The position numbers were made by a program, and so were the translations under genes. The notes beneath the pieces were generated by a model. It was not told where the DNA came from, did no database searches, and was given only the letters and a program-made list of their open reading frames with translations. From positions 1 to 64,000 of the forward strand of contig CBDCTZ010000005.1 of NCBI GenBank assembly GCA_965222375.1: a stretch of 64,000 nt of DNA, written 5' to 3'. Each line of letters begins with the position of its first letter. The first letter of the stretch is position 1. Positions 19,665-29,354 of this stretch are shown here, piece after piece. The DNA is from Polyangiaceae bacterium. Lineage in GTDB: Bacteria; Myxococcota_A; Polyangia; Polyangiales; Polyangiaceae.

Positions 19665-20600
19665 TTGGTTAATGTGCTCGTGATCGAAGACGAAGAGGTG
19701 CTGCGCCGCTCCATGGTGCGCGGGCTCGCCAAGCTCGCGGGCGCCGAGGTCGCGGAAGCCGGCTCCTTGGAGTCTGCGCTGCAAGCCATCGACCTGCGCG
19801 TACCAGACATCGTGGTGTCGGACATCGACCTGCCACGCCGCAGCGGGCTCGAGTTGCTCGGCGAACTGGGACGGCGTGGCGTCAGTATTCCGGTGGTGTT
19901 CGTGTCAGGCTACTTGCGGGCCTACCGGTCCCAGATCCCGGCCCACGCCAACGTGGAAGTCTTCGAAAAACCGGTCAGCTTGGAAGATCTGCGCGACCTG
20001 ATCGTTCGCAAAACGGGACGCGCTTCCAGCGCAGGAGAGGTCGCGCCGTTTTCTGTGGCGGACTACCTGCAGCTGGCCGCCATGGGACGTCATTCGGTGT
20101 TGGTCGAAGTAGAGTGCGAAGGGCGCATGGTTGGCGAGGTGGCCGTCTGGGATGGGCAAACCTGGTCGGCCACGGACGACGAGGGCGAGGGCACCGACGC
20201 GCTCCGCCGCCTCGCCTTCGCTCCAAACGCTTTCGTGAAGTGCCGCACGCTCTTGGCCCAGCCGGCGGAGCGCAACCTGGGCGGCAACTGGGAATTCCTT
20301 CTGCTCGAAGCCGCGCGCATGGAAGACGAGTCCAGTGACCCGATCGGCGAGCTGAGCTTCGGTGAGGGATCTTTCGAGCCCGAGCCCGAGCCCGAGCGAA
20401 GCCCGACCGAAATCGCCTTCACGGAGCTTTGGGATGTCGGCGTCGATGCGCTGCTGCGAAAAGACTACTCCGCCGCCATGCGTGCCTTCGTCAGTGCACG
20501 GGATCTGCAACCTGAGGATCCGAAGGTAGTCGCCAACATTCAACGTCTGGAGGCGATGGGGATCTCCGCCGACTTCAGCGAAGGGGAGTCAGAACAGTGA
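19665..20600 (+). CDS. response regulator with DUF4388/PatA-like domain and TPR-like tail
   Basis: N-terminal REC (VIEDE, SDIDLP, EKP); ADYLQLAAMGR...LLLEAARMEDE. Confidence 0.8.
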   Translation: MVNVLVIEDEEVLRRSMVRGLAKLAGAEVAEAGSLESALQAIDLRVPDIVVSDIDLPRRSGLELLGELGRRGVSIPVVFVSGYLRAYRSQIPAHANVEVFEKPVSLEDLRDLIVRKTGRASSAGEVAPFSVADYLQLAAMGRHSVLVEVECEGRMVGEVAVWDGQTWSATDDEGEGTDALRRLAFAPNAFVKCRTLLAQPAERNLGGNWEFLLLEAARMEDESSDPIGELSFGEGSFEPEPEPERSPTEIAFTELWDVGVDALLRKDYSAAMRAFVSARDLQPEDPKVVANIQRLEAMGISADFSEGESEQ

Positions 20601-21412
20601 GCCAGAGAATCACGATGTGTAGTCAGAAGGGCGGCGTCGGCAAGACGACGGTCTCCCTCAATCTCGCTCTGGCCATGGCCGAGCGCGGCAAGAACGTCCT
20701 GCTGGTCGACCTCGATCCCCAGGGCGGAATCGGACATGCCCTGGCGCGCTCCGACACGGAACTCATGGGCCTCGCTGATCTGTTGATGGAGCAGATTTCC
20801 GAGAGCGACGCCGTCCTCCCCACGCGGTTGCGGACGCTGTCGCTCTTGCCCCGGGGTCGCCTCGACCCCGTCGACGCCTGCGAATTCGAACTCGCGATCG
20901 GTGCCCGAGGCGTTCTCAACAGCGCCCTCTCACGCCTGGATGGCGCCTTTGACGCGACGATCTTGGACACACCTTCCGGGCTGGGCCTCATCACCCGCGC
21001 GGCCCTCGCGACGGCGGACTTCGCTCTGGTTCCCTTTCAAGCAGAAGCACTGGCCCTGCGCTCTGTGTCCCAGGTCTTCCGCGTCATCGATCGCGTCCGC
21101 GCAACCGAGAACCCGCGCATCGAACTGCTAGGCGTGCTCCCGACCATGGTGGACCGCAATAGCGAATCTTCGCACGACGTGATGCTGGAAATGTGGACCG
21201 GATTCGAAGGCGTGTTGGACACGGCCATTCCTCGAGCAGACGTGTTCGCCCGGGCCAGCGCTCTAGGTCTTCCCGTTGGCTTCTTGCCGGGGCGGGTTTC
21301 ACCAGAAGCCAGGCGCTTCGAAATGCTGGCCGCCGAGCTTGATACCCACATGCTTCAGTTGAAGCCCGAATTGGAGAATAACAATGAGCAGCCGCAGCGC
21401 GCCCTCCTCTGA
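20597..21412 (+). CDS. ParA/Soj family ATPase (no parB in window)
   Basis: QKGGVGKTT, LVDLDPQG, ILDTPSG. Confidence 0.9.
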   Translation: MSQRITMCSQKGGVGKTTVSLNLALAMAERGKNVLLVDLDPQGGIGHALARSDTELMGLADLLMEQISESDAVLPTRLRTLSLLPRGRLDPVDACEFELAIGARGVLNSALSRLDGAFDATILDTPSGLGLITRAALATADFALVPFQAEALALRSVSQVFRVIDRVRATENPRIELLGVLPTMVDRNSESSHDVMLEMWTGFEGVLDTAIPRADVFARASALGLPVGFLPGRVSPEARRFEMLAAELDTHMLQLKPELENNNEQPQRALL

Positions 21413-21932
21413 TCTGGAACTCGCTCGGAAGGTTTCCCAGCGGCTACGCCAGCCCCGAACCGCAGGGCGGGGTCCGAAAGCGGAACCCAGCCCCCGTTAC
21501 GTGCAGTTTGATGCTCGACAATTCGTGCCCGCCACCCACTGGGTCTCCGGCCCTCGGGCGCAGCGTTTTGGCGCGGAGATTTGGAACGAGCTGCTGGATG
21601 GTTGCCTCTCTGCCGCGGATGCCGAAGCCGCATTCGTGATGGACGGGCAGGGCCTGGTGGTCGCAACTCGAGGTAATATCAGCGCCGATGATGCTGAGGC
21701 CATCGGCGCCCGATTGATGGTTGCCCTGGACCAGGCCGCGGAGATTGGCAACCGCGGTGGCTCCTACTCCGTTGCCATCGAGTTCGATGGATCATGGCTC
21801 ACCGGGCTGCGTCTTCATCTGCACGACGCCAAGTCGCTGACGGTGGGACTCGTGGCCCACGGACCGCTCTCTCGCGATACCCGCGAAGTCATCGAGAATC
21901 TGATGGGCATTACAACTCAAAACGAGTTCTGA
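21384..21932 (+). CDS. divergent Roadblock-like protein with N-terminal extension
   Basis: AAFVMDGQGLVVATRG...AEAIGARL pattern. Confidence 0.6.
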   Translation: MSSRSAPSSDLELARKVSQRLRQPRTAGRGPKAEPSPRYVQFDARQFVPATHWVSGPRAQRFGAEIWNELLDGCLSAADAEAAFVMDGQGLVVATRGNISADDAEAIGARLMVALDQAAEIGNRGGSYSVAIEFDGSWLTGLRLHLHDAKSLTVGLVAHGPLSRDTREVIENLMGITTQNEF

Positions 21933-21958
21933 ACCGAAGCAACCGAGAGGAAAGGCAA

Positions 21959-22714
21959 ATGGCTGAGACAATACTGTATGACGAGGGCGGACATCGAAAC
22001 GTGCTCCTGCCGTCCTTCGATGAAGGGCACGCCGTGCCGGCCAATCAGCACCTCATCGTGCACGACGGCGTAGGCATGATTCTCGACCCCGGTGGGCACA
22101 AGGTCTACAACAAGGTGCTCGCAGAAACGACTGCGCAGCTACGCGGCGGCAAACTCGGCTATTTGTTTCTGTCCCACCAAGACCCGGACATCGTCGCCGC
22201 CGTCAACGGTTGGCTGATGACGACTGACGCCGAAGCTTATGCATCCAAATTGTGGCTTCGTTTCATTCCACACTTCGGGCTCGACAGGCTGGTACAAGAT
22301 CGGCTGCATGCCATCGCCGATGAAGGCCAGAGTTTCGATCTGCAGGGGAGCCGCCTACTTTTCCTACCTGCCCACTTCCTCCACTCCTGCGGGAACTTCC
22401 ACGTCTACGACACTGTTTCGCGGGTCATCTACACCGGAGATCTGGGTGCTTCTTTGGGCGAGCCCTACACTGAGGTCCCAGACTTCGATGCCCACCTGCA
22501 ATACATGCAGGGTTTCCACGAGCGCTACATGGGCGGGAACGCCGCGATGCGGGGCTGGGCGAACATGGCGAAACAACTGGACATCGAGGTGATCGCGCCA
22601 CAACACGGTGCGTTCTTTCGTGGTAAGGAAATGGTCCAGCGTTTCATCGAGTGGGCAGAAAACCTCCGCTGCGGCGTGGATCTGATGGGCGACAAGTACG
22701 TCATCCCGGCCTAG
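21959..22714 (+). CDS. oxygen-binding di-iron protein (ODP), MBL fold
   Basis: LDPGG, SHQDPDI, AHFLHSCGN, YTGDLG, IAPQHG; no flavodoxin domain. Confidence 0.85.
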   Translation: MAETILYDEGGHRNVLLPSFDEGHAVPANQHLIVHDGVGMILDPGGHKVYNKVLAETTAQLRGGKLGYLFLSHQDPDIVAAVNGWLMTTDAEAYASKLWLRFIPHFGLDRLVQDRLHAIADEGQSFDLQGSRLLFLPAHFLHSCGNFHVYDTVSRVIYTGDLGASLGEPYTEVPDFDAHLQYMQGFHERYMGGNAAMRGWANMAKQLDIEVIAPQHGAFFRGKEMVQRFIEWAENLRCGVDLMGDKYVIPA

Positions 22715-22720
22715 CTGGCC

Positions 22721-23278
22721 ATGGATCTGCCCACCGCAGGCTTCGAGGAGTTCAAGCGCTTCCTGGATTTCGGGGAGGCTGACCAAAAGAACCTGGTTGC
22801 GTTGGAGCCGATCATGAAGACCCACGGTCCGCGGATAACCGATGGGTTTTACACCTTGTTGGAACAATTTCCAGCAACCGCCAAGCACATCGAAGGGCGA
22901 ATCGAGGGTTTGAAGAAGACCCACATCGTTTGGCTCAACGGATTGGTTGGCGGCGTCTACGACGAGAGCTATCTCGAATCCCGCTGGCGCATTGGTTTAG
23001 CCCACGTCCGAATTGGGCTCGAGCCTTGTTGGGTGGAAGCAGTGATGAGCTTCGTTCGCACTCGCATGGGGCCAATCATCGCGTCGGAACTGTCCGACGC
23101 GATGGACGCTGCAGCCAAGCAGGCCAGCTTCACGAAGATCTGCGATCTCGACCTGCTCGTGATCAACCTGTCCTACAGTGAGGACCGCCTGAAACGCTTG
23201 GCCGAATTCACAGGCATGCAGCGGGCCTCGATCGAGAACATCATCAAAATTCCCAAAAGCCCAAGAACTAGGGGCTAG
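22721..23278 (+). CDS. stand-alone protoglobin/sensor globin
   Basis: FLDFGEAD, DGFY, RWRIGLAHVRIGL (proximal His); no transmitter domain. Confidence 0.85.
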   Translation: MDLPTAGFEEFKRFLDFGEADQKNLVALEPIMKTHGPRITDGFYTLLEQFPATAKHIEGRIEGLKKTHIVWLNGLVGGVYDESYLESRWRIGLAHVRIGLEPCWVEAVMSFVRTRMGPIIASELSDAMDAAAKQASFTKICDLDLLVINLSYSEDRLKRLAEFTGMQRASIENIIKIPKSPRTRG

Positions 23279-23298
23279 TGCGCCCCCCAGGGCGCGGC

Positions 23299-24420
23299 TC
23301 AGGGTGTCGAGGCGGGAGGTTTGGGCGCGGGAACTGGAACCCGCGGGGTGCCGGGCGGGATCTTTTTCAGTCCGCCCGGGACCGGCACTGGCCGAACGCC
23401 ACCGGGAGGGGGCGCGCCACCGGGCGGCCCGCCCTGGGGTCCACCGGGAGGCATCGGCCGCATCCCACCACCGGGCCGCATGCCGCCTGGATGACCGCGG
23501 CCCATCATGCCCTGCTGCTTCTCGAGCATCTTGAGCTGCGCAATCACGGAGTCGTAGTTGCCCATCATACTGCGACAGTTTTCCGGTGGAATGTTCGCGG
23601 TCTTCGACTTGACCATGCCGCAAGTCGCACTCTCTTCGCCCAAGTCCTTGCACAGCTTGCCAACTAGGGTGTCGCATACCGCGCGGGCCTGCTTGAGTCT
23701 TTCGATCGTTCCCGGCACGTCCTCCAACGCCGCGCTGCACGCCGCGAACGGCATGAGTTCGGCGGCACTCTTGGCTTGAGCACAGCCCGCAGACTTGTCC
23801 CCCGCTTCGGCGCAGATCTTGTCTTGCCAGGTCTTGCAGGGCCCACTCAGCTCGCCGCTTGCCGCAGCTTTGGGTGCCGCGAAAGGTGCCTTGCCCTTCG
23901 CCTTGGCGTCGCGGAGGAACCACCCGCCGCCAACCCCAATGGCGATACCCAACACGCCGAGGGCAATGGCGCGATACATCCCAGACTTGTTGTTCTGGGC
24001 CTCAATCAAGGCCCTTTGACGCTGACGTTCAGCGGCCCTCGAGCGCCGTCGCTTGGCCTCTTTGGCGCGGCGCGCCTTGGGATCGGACACGGACGGATCG
24101 TCTTCGGCCTTCGCGGCTACCGCGTCGTCATCGTCATCGTCATCGTCCGAGTCCTCCTTGGAGTCACTCGAATCGTCGTCGTCCAAGTCGTCACTTCTGG
24201 CGCTCACTGACTCCTCTTCGTCGTCGTCATCGTCGTCGTCCGAGTCCTCCCTGGAATCACTCGAATCGTCGTCGTCATCCGAGTCCTTCTTGGAGTCACT
24301 CGAATCGCCGTCGTCGTCGTCATCTTCGTCGTCAGTGTCCTCGGCATCGCGAAACCCACGGGCTTCGTCGTCGTTTTCGTCGTCGCTGTCAGCTCGGTTT
24401 TCGTCGTCGTCTTTTTTCAC
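23299..24420 (-). CDS. bitopic membrane protein: Asp-rich N-terminus, TM helix, Cys-rich helical domain, Pro/Gly tail
   Basis: Composition visible in translation; GTG start at 24420 inferred. Confidence 0.7.
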   Translation of the reverse strand: MKKDDDENRADSDDENDDEARGFRDAEDTDDEDDDDDGDSSDSKKDSDDDDDSSDSREDSDDDDDDDEEESVSARSDDLDDDDSSDSKEDSDDDDDDDDAVAAKAEDDPSVSDPKARRAKEAKRRRSRAAERQRQRALIEAQNNKSGMYRAIALGVLGIAIGVGGGWFLRDAKAKGKAPFAAPKAAASGELSGPCKTWQDKICAEAGDKSAGCAQAKSAAELMPFAACSAALEDVPGTIERLKQARAVCDTLVGKLCKDLGEESATCGMVKSKTANIPPENCRSMMGNYDSVIAQLKMLEKQQGMMGRGHPGGMRPGGGMRPMPPGGPQGGPPGGAPPPGGVRPVPVPGGLKKIPPGTPRVPVPAPKPPASTP

Positions 24421-24736
24421 GGCGCCACCGTATGGGGGATCGAGTGCTTTCACCAGCCAAGATTTCTGGCGCTGCAAAATCATTCAACAAAGTGGTGTCG
24501 CGGCATCACCTTGGCTGGGCGAACCCACTCACACCCAGCTTGCGCAGGGCGGGCGGCCACCACAACGACCCAGCATGCGCCGGGACGGGCCCTTGGCCGC
24601 GGCCCGCCAACAGCTCCCTTTTGCGGGCAAAACGCCGAGATTTGACCAAGCCCCGAGGCGCAGTTAGGTTTCGCGGCCCTGTCGAGGCGCGACCCAGACT
24701 TGCGGCGCCCGGGGGCATGAAGGAGCGGGAAAAGCT

Positions 24737-26530
24737 ATGAGCGAAGAGTTCAAGAACCTCGTCGATCTTTGGGAGCGGAGCTGCAAGGAATTTGCAGATC
24801 GCGAACTGTTTGGAACCAAGAAGGACGGGCGCTGGGAGTGGATCACCTACGCCGAATTCAAGACCCTCGTCGACCACTTTCGGGGCGGGCTGGCCAGCTT
24901 GGGGATTGGTGCTGGCGACAAAGTCGGCATCGTCAGTGACAACCGCGTGGAGTGGGCTGTCGCATGTTACGCGACGTACGGGCTCCGAGCAGAGTTTGTG
25001 CCGATGTACGAAGCCCAGAAGGCGGACGAGTGGCAATTCATCCTCGACGACTGCGGCGCGAAGGCCGTCATTGGATCGAAGAACGACATCTACGAAAAGC
25101 TCAAGAAGGTACGAGACAACGTCAGCACCTTGGAGCACGTGATTGGCCTCGAGGCTCCGGAGTCCGACGACCATTCCTACGCCGCACTGCTGAAGGCCGG
25201 CGAAGAGAAGCCGGTCAAGGCGGAGCAGCCAGACCCGAGTGAAACCGCAGGCTTCATCTACACCTCCGGCACCACGGGCAACCCCAAGGGAGTCATCCTG
25301 AGCCACGGCAACATCGCGAGCAACATCAACGCCGTGCACAGCATCTTCCCCTTCGCCGCGGACGACCGGTCTTTGTCGTTCTTGCCGTGGGCGCATAGCT
25401 TCGGCCAAACCTGCGAGTTGCACGCCATGCTCAGCATGGGTGCTTCTCTGGGAATCAACGACGAGATCCCCAACCTGGTCGGGAACCTGGCGGAGGTGCG
25501 GCCCACCATCTTGTTCGCGGTCCCCCGGATCTTCAATCGCATCTACGACGGCGTGAACAAGCAAATGGCGGACAAGCCCGGCTTCATTCAGAGCCTGTTC
25601 CGGTCCGGTATCCAGAACGCCACGTCCAAGAACGCGGGCAAGGAAATCAGCCTATTCGGTGGCATCGGCCTGAGCCTGGCGGACAAGATCATCTTCAGCA
25701 AAATCCGCGAGAAGTTCGGCGGGCGGCTGCGATTCGCCGTCAGCGGCAGCGCGGCCCTGGCCAAAGAGGTCGCGGAGTTCATCGATGCTTTGGGGATCGA
25801 AGTCTACGAGGGCTACGGGCTGACCGAGACGAGCCCCATCGCCACCGCGAACTTCCCGGGCAACCGAAAGATCGGCAGCGTGGGCAAGGCCATCCCTGGC
25901 GTGTCCATCACCATCGACCGCGAGGTCACCGGGGACGCAAAGAATGGGGAAATCCTGATCAAGGGCCCCAACATCATGCAGCGCTATCACAACCGCGACG
26001 ACGAGAACGAGAAAGTGCTGATGAAGGATCGCACTTTCCGCAGCGGCGATATGGGCTACGTGGACGAGGACGGCTTTCTCTACATCACCGGCCGCATCAA
26101 GGAGCAGTACAAGCTCGAGAACGGCAAGTATGTCGTGCCCTCCCCCTTGGAAGAGGAGCTCAAGCTTTCACCCTTCATCGCCAACGTCATGATTCACGGC
26201 GCGAACAAGCCTTTCAACGTGGCCCTGGTCGTTCCGGATGCAGACGCCCTCAACAAGTGGGCGGCCCAAACCGGCGCCGACCTGGGCAACATCGAGAAGA
26301 GCGACCAAGTTCGGGAATTGATCGAGAAAGAGCTCAAGGAACGCGGTGCCGGCTTCAAGGGGTTCGAGCGTCCCCAGCAGTTCACGATTACGGCGGAGGA
26401 CTTCACCACGGATAACGGGATGTTGACCCCCACGATGAAACTGAAGCGTCGCAACGTGCTCGCCAAGTACGAAGCGGCCCTGGACGCCCTCTACCAGAGC
26501 AAGGGAGAGCGCCAAGCCAAACGGGCTTGA
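24737..26530 (+). CDS. fadD: long-chain fatty acid-CoA ligase
   Basis: YTSGTTGNPKG, EGYGLTET, SGDMG, TPTMKLKR. Confidence 0.9.
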   Translation: MSEEFKNLVDLWERSCKEFADRELFGTKKDGRWEWITYAEFKTLVDHFRGGLASLGIGAGDKVGIVSDNRVEWAVACYATYGLRAEFVPMYEAQKADEWQFILDDCGAKAVIGSKNDIYEKLKKVRDNVSTLEHVIGLEAPESDDHSYAALLKAGEEKPVKAEQPDPSETAGFIYTSGTTGNPKGVILSHGNIASNINAVHSIFPFAADDRSLSFLPWAHSFGQTCELHAMLSMGASLGINDEIPNLVGNLAEVRPTILFAVPRIFNRIYDGVNKQMADKPGFIQSLFRSGIQNATSKNAGKEISLFGGIGLSLADKIIFSKIREKFGGRLRFAVSGSAALAKEVAEFIDALGIEVYEGYGLTETSPIATANFPGNRKIGSVGKAIPGVSITIDREVTGDAKNGEILIKGPNIMQRYHNRDDENEKVLMKDRTFRSGDMGYVDEDGFLYITGRIKEQYKLENGKYVVPSPLEEELKLSPFIANVMIHGANKPFNVALVVPDADALNKWAAQTGADLGNIEKSDQVRELIEKELKERGAGFKGFERPQQFTITAEDFTTDNGMLTPTMKLKRRNVLAKYEAALDALYQSKGERQAKRA

Positions 26531-26580
26531 CAAGAATCGGGGCACGTGACAACAAGAACGAACCTGAAGAAGGAACACTC

Positions 26581-26676
26581 ATGATCTCCGCAAACCTCAA
26601 GCAGCACGTTATGTGCGGGACTTTCGTCCCGTGTGATGGCGTGCACGTGCCTGCGGTTGGAGGTTCTTTGACTTGA
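26581..26676 (+). CDS. putative 31-aa leader peptide MISANLKQHVMCGTFVPCDGVHVPAVGGSLT
   Basis: AAGGA RBS 6 nt before the ATG; its 3' codons are complementary to the downstream terminator arm. Confidence 0.65.
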   Translation: MISANLKQHVMCGTFVPCDGVHVPAVGGSLT

Positions 26677-26703
26677 CCTAGTCACTGTCCCCTTTCGATT
26701 CCC

Positions 26704-26740
26704 AACCGCGGGCACCCAATTCGGTGCCCGCGGTTTTTTT
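26704..26740 (+). terminator. intrinsic terminator (attenuator) upstream of the MATE gene
   Basis: AACCGCGGGCACC-caattc-GGTGCCCGCGGTT perfect 13-bp stem followed by a T run. Confidence 0.9.
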
Positions 26741-26768
26741 GTTTGTTCTTGTCCCTCGGAGCTTGGTC

Positions 26769-28136
26769 ATGACCCCCAAAAAGTCCCTACATTGGAAGAA
26801 GAAACCCATCCCCGAGTTGGTGCGACTGGCATGGCCTACCGCCGTCTCGATGCTCTCTTTCAGCATTCAGACGTTGGTGGACACGCTCTTCGTCGGCCGG
26901 CTCGGGGCACGAGAGCTCGCGGCCGTCAGCTTGGGTGGCGTCGTCGCGTTTTCTTTGATTTGCTTCGGTTTCGGGCTGCTGCGCAGCACCAAGGTCGCTG
27001 TGAGCCAAGCCGTAGGCGCCGGCCAAGAGGCTCGCGTGGGCGACGTTTTGCGTGCGGCGGCCTGGCTCGCCTTGGCTCTAGGTCTACTTACGCTGCTTGC
27101 CGGGCGTTTGGTTTACGCCCACGTAGTAGCGCTCGGGCCTGACGAGCTGAGCGGCCAACTAGCAGCGCGCTACGTCGACGTCCGCAACCTGGGCGCTGTG
27201 CCGTTCCTGTTTGCGGTCGCAATTCGAGAGGCCCTGTACGGCACTGGCAACGCGCGCATTCCCCTGCGTGCGGCCCTGTTCGCCAACGCAACCAACGTCG
27301 TGTTGGACGCAGCGCTCATCTTCGGCCTCGGCCTGGGCGTCGAAGGGGCGGCCTGGGCCACCGTCGGGGCGGCAACCGTGGAGTGCGGCATACTCATGGC
27401 GGCGCTTCCCAACACCCGTGCGTTGATTGCGGTGCCCAAAGCCGCAGAGGTGCACGAGTTGCTTCGCTTGGGGATCCCCTTGGGCGTTCAATTCGTACTC
27501 GAGGTCGGCTCCTTCACCGTGCTCGTCGCATTGCTGAGTCGAACCGGCCAAGTACAGTTGGCGTCCCATCAGATTGCTCTGCAACTGACCCACTTCTCGT
27601 TCTTGCCCGCACTGGCCGTCGGCGAAGCTGCATCCATCATGGCCGGCCAAGCCATAGGTGCGCGGCACGACCACCTGGTGCGCGTGGTGTCGCGCGGCGC
27701 CATCAAGCTTGCATGGGCCTACTCCGGCACCTGTGGGCTGCTCTTCGTGGTCGGCTCCGGCGTGATCCCTGGCTGGTTTTCGGCGGATCCCGAAGTTCAG
27801 CGGGTGACCACGCGCCTGCTCTGGATCGCGGCGGCGTTTCAGCTCACGGATGCCGCCCATGCCGTCGCGCGGTCGGTGCTACGCGGCACCGGCGACGTAC
27901 GCTTCCCCGCGGTGCTCTGTGTCACCACGGCTTGGGTCGTGTTGCCCGTGAGCACTTGGCTCCTGGGCATCGCCTTGGGCCTGGGTGCCGTCGGCGCATG
28001 GCTCGGTCTCTCCCTCGAGATCGGTGTCGGAGCTGGCCTGTTGTGGTGGCGTCTCGAGCGCGGCGGCTGGCGCGCTGCAGCCAACCGCGCCCAGGAACGC
28101 TTGGTCGACAAGGAGCGAAGCGTCGCCGTCGCGTAG
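26769..28136 (+). CDS. MATE family efflux transporter
   Basis: LAWPT, VDTLFVGRLG, NVVLDAALIFG, LASHQI, LRGTGDVR. Confidence 0.9.
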   Translation: MTPKKSLHWKKKPIPELVRLAWPTAVSMLSFSIQTLVDTLFVGRLGARELAAVSLGGVVAFSLICFGFGLLRSTKVAVSQAVGAGQEARVGDVLRAAAWLALALGLLTLLAGRLVYAHVVALGPDELSGQLAARYVDVRNLGAVPFLFAVAIREALYGTGNARIPLRAALFANATNVVLDAALIFGLGLGVEGAAWATVGAATVECGILMAALPNTRALIAVPKAAEVHELLRLGIPLGVQFVLEVGSFTVLVALLSRTGQVQLASHQIALQLTHFSFLPALAVGEAASIMAGQAIGARHDHLVRVVSRGAIKLAWAYSGTCGLLFVVGSGVIPGWFSADPEVQRVTTRLLWIAAAFQLTDAAHAVARSVLRGTGDVRFPAVLCVTTAWVVLPVSTWLLGIALGLGAVGAWLGLSLEIGVGAGLLWWRLERGGWRAAANRAQERLVDKERSVAVA

Positions 28137-28202
28137 ATCCGGCAGCCCGCCGAGTCTGAAGGCTCGGCGGGCCACCCGGTCGGGTCCCGAGCCTTCAGCC
28201 GC

Positions 28203-29354
28203 TCAACCGGCTTCAACGGCAGGCAACTCGACCGTGAAGCGCACGCCCAACCCGGCGTTGTCGGCTCTCAGACTGCCCCCGTGTTGAGCCACGATCCGTG
28301 ACGAAATGCTAAGCCCGAGCCCGCTCCCCCCACCGGGGCCGACATGAAACGGGTCGAACAGGCGCTCCAGATCTTCGTGGAGTATCGGTGGACCGTCGTT
28401 TTCGATCACGATCGCCGCGCGATCCCCTGAGCGAACCGTCACTCGGACCTGGCCTCCATCCGTGCCAATGGCGCGGAAGGCGTTGATCACGATGTTGAAC
28501 ACCACCTGCACGAGTTGGTCTCGATCCCCCAGCACGCGAACGGGGGCATCCGGCTCTTGCACCTCCACACTCACGTTTCGCTTACCTGCGTCGGCCCGAA
28601 CCAATTCGGAAACACTGCGGGCGACCTCCCGAAGATCCGTTTGCTTCAGCTCCGGGTCGGTTGGGCGAGCAAAACTTGAAAAGCGCTCGCTGACACGCTC
28701 CAACCGCTCGAGCTCGGAGCGATGCAAGTCCCACAGGCGACGCTCCTCGGCATCTTCGGGAATGACCGCGTCCACGATCTCCGCAGTGCCTTTGAGGGCG
28801 TGCAGGGGATTCTTGATTTCGTGAGCGACTCCCGCGACGACCTCTCCCAAAGCGCTGAGCTTGCCCGCACGTACCAGCTCGGCTTGCAGCCGCTTCTGCT
28901 CTCCCAGCGCGGCTTCGAGCTCGGCCCGGCGACGCTTTTCTCGATCTGAAAGCACGCCCGCAACGACGCCCACGACGTTGTAGAGCACCACTTCGAGGGC
29001 TTTGTGCAACGTGTCTGCCGGGTCCATGTGCATCCAGTGCTCGAGATGAACGAAGGCGTGGGGCAGATAGGTCAGGGAAACTACGAGCGCGGCCCAAAGC
29101 CCACCTCGCAAACCCATTTGCGCACCGGCGATGATGATCGGCAGGTAATAGAGGCGCCGAAGCACATCGTGAATCCAGGCCTGCTCACTGCTCGTGACGT
29201 AGTGGGACAGGCTTATGAGCACGATGGGAAGCCAGACCCAACCCAGCATGCTGGGAGTGAACAAGCTTCGTTTCACAACCGGCGGAAGTGCGGCGCCTGC
29301 GTCCGATGGTACGGGCGGGGCCACGCCCGCCGTGTCAGGGGCGGCGGATGTCAT
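28203..29354 (-). CDS. membrane sensor histidine kinase with His-rich membrane sensor region
   Basis: HDVLRRLYYLPI, AHEIKNPL, NDGPPI, GSGLGL. Confidence 0.9.
   Translation of the reverse strand: MTSAAPDTAGVAPPVPSDAGAALPPVVKRSLFTPSMLGWVWLPIVLISLSHYVTSSEQAWIHDVLRRLYYLPIIIAGAQMGLRGGLWAALVVSLTYLPHAFVHLEHWMHMDPADTLHKALEVVLYNVVGVVAGVLSDREKRRRAELEAALGEQKRLQAELVRAGKLSALGEVVAGVAHEIKNPLHALKGTAEIVDAVIPEDAEERRLWDLHRSELERLERVSERFSSFARPTDPELKQTDLREVARSVSELVRADAGKRNVSVEVQEPDAPVRVLGDRDQLVQVVFNIVINAFRAIGTDGGQVRVTVRSGDRAAIVIENDGPPILHEDLERLFDPFHVGPGGGSGLGLSISSRIVAQHGGSLRADNAGLGVRFTVELPAVEAG

Noticed and set aside
20597..21412. Plasmid or chromosome partition locus
   Set aside because: No parB, parS or rep gene; ParA is embedded in a signalling operon
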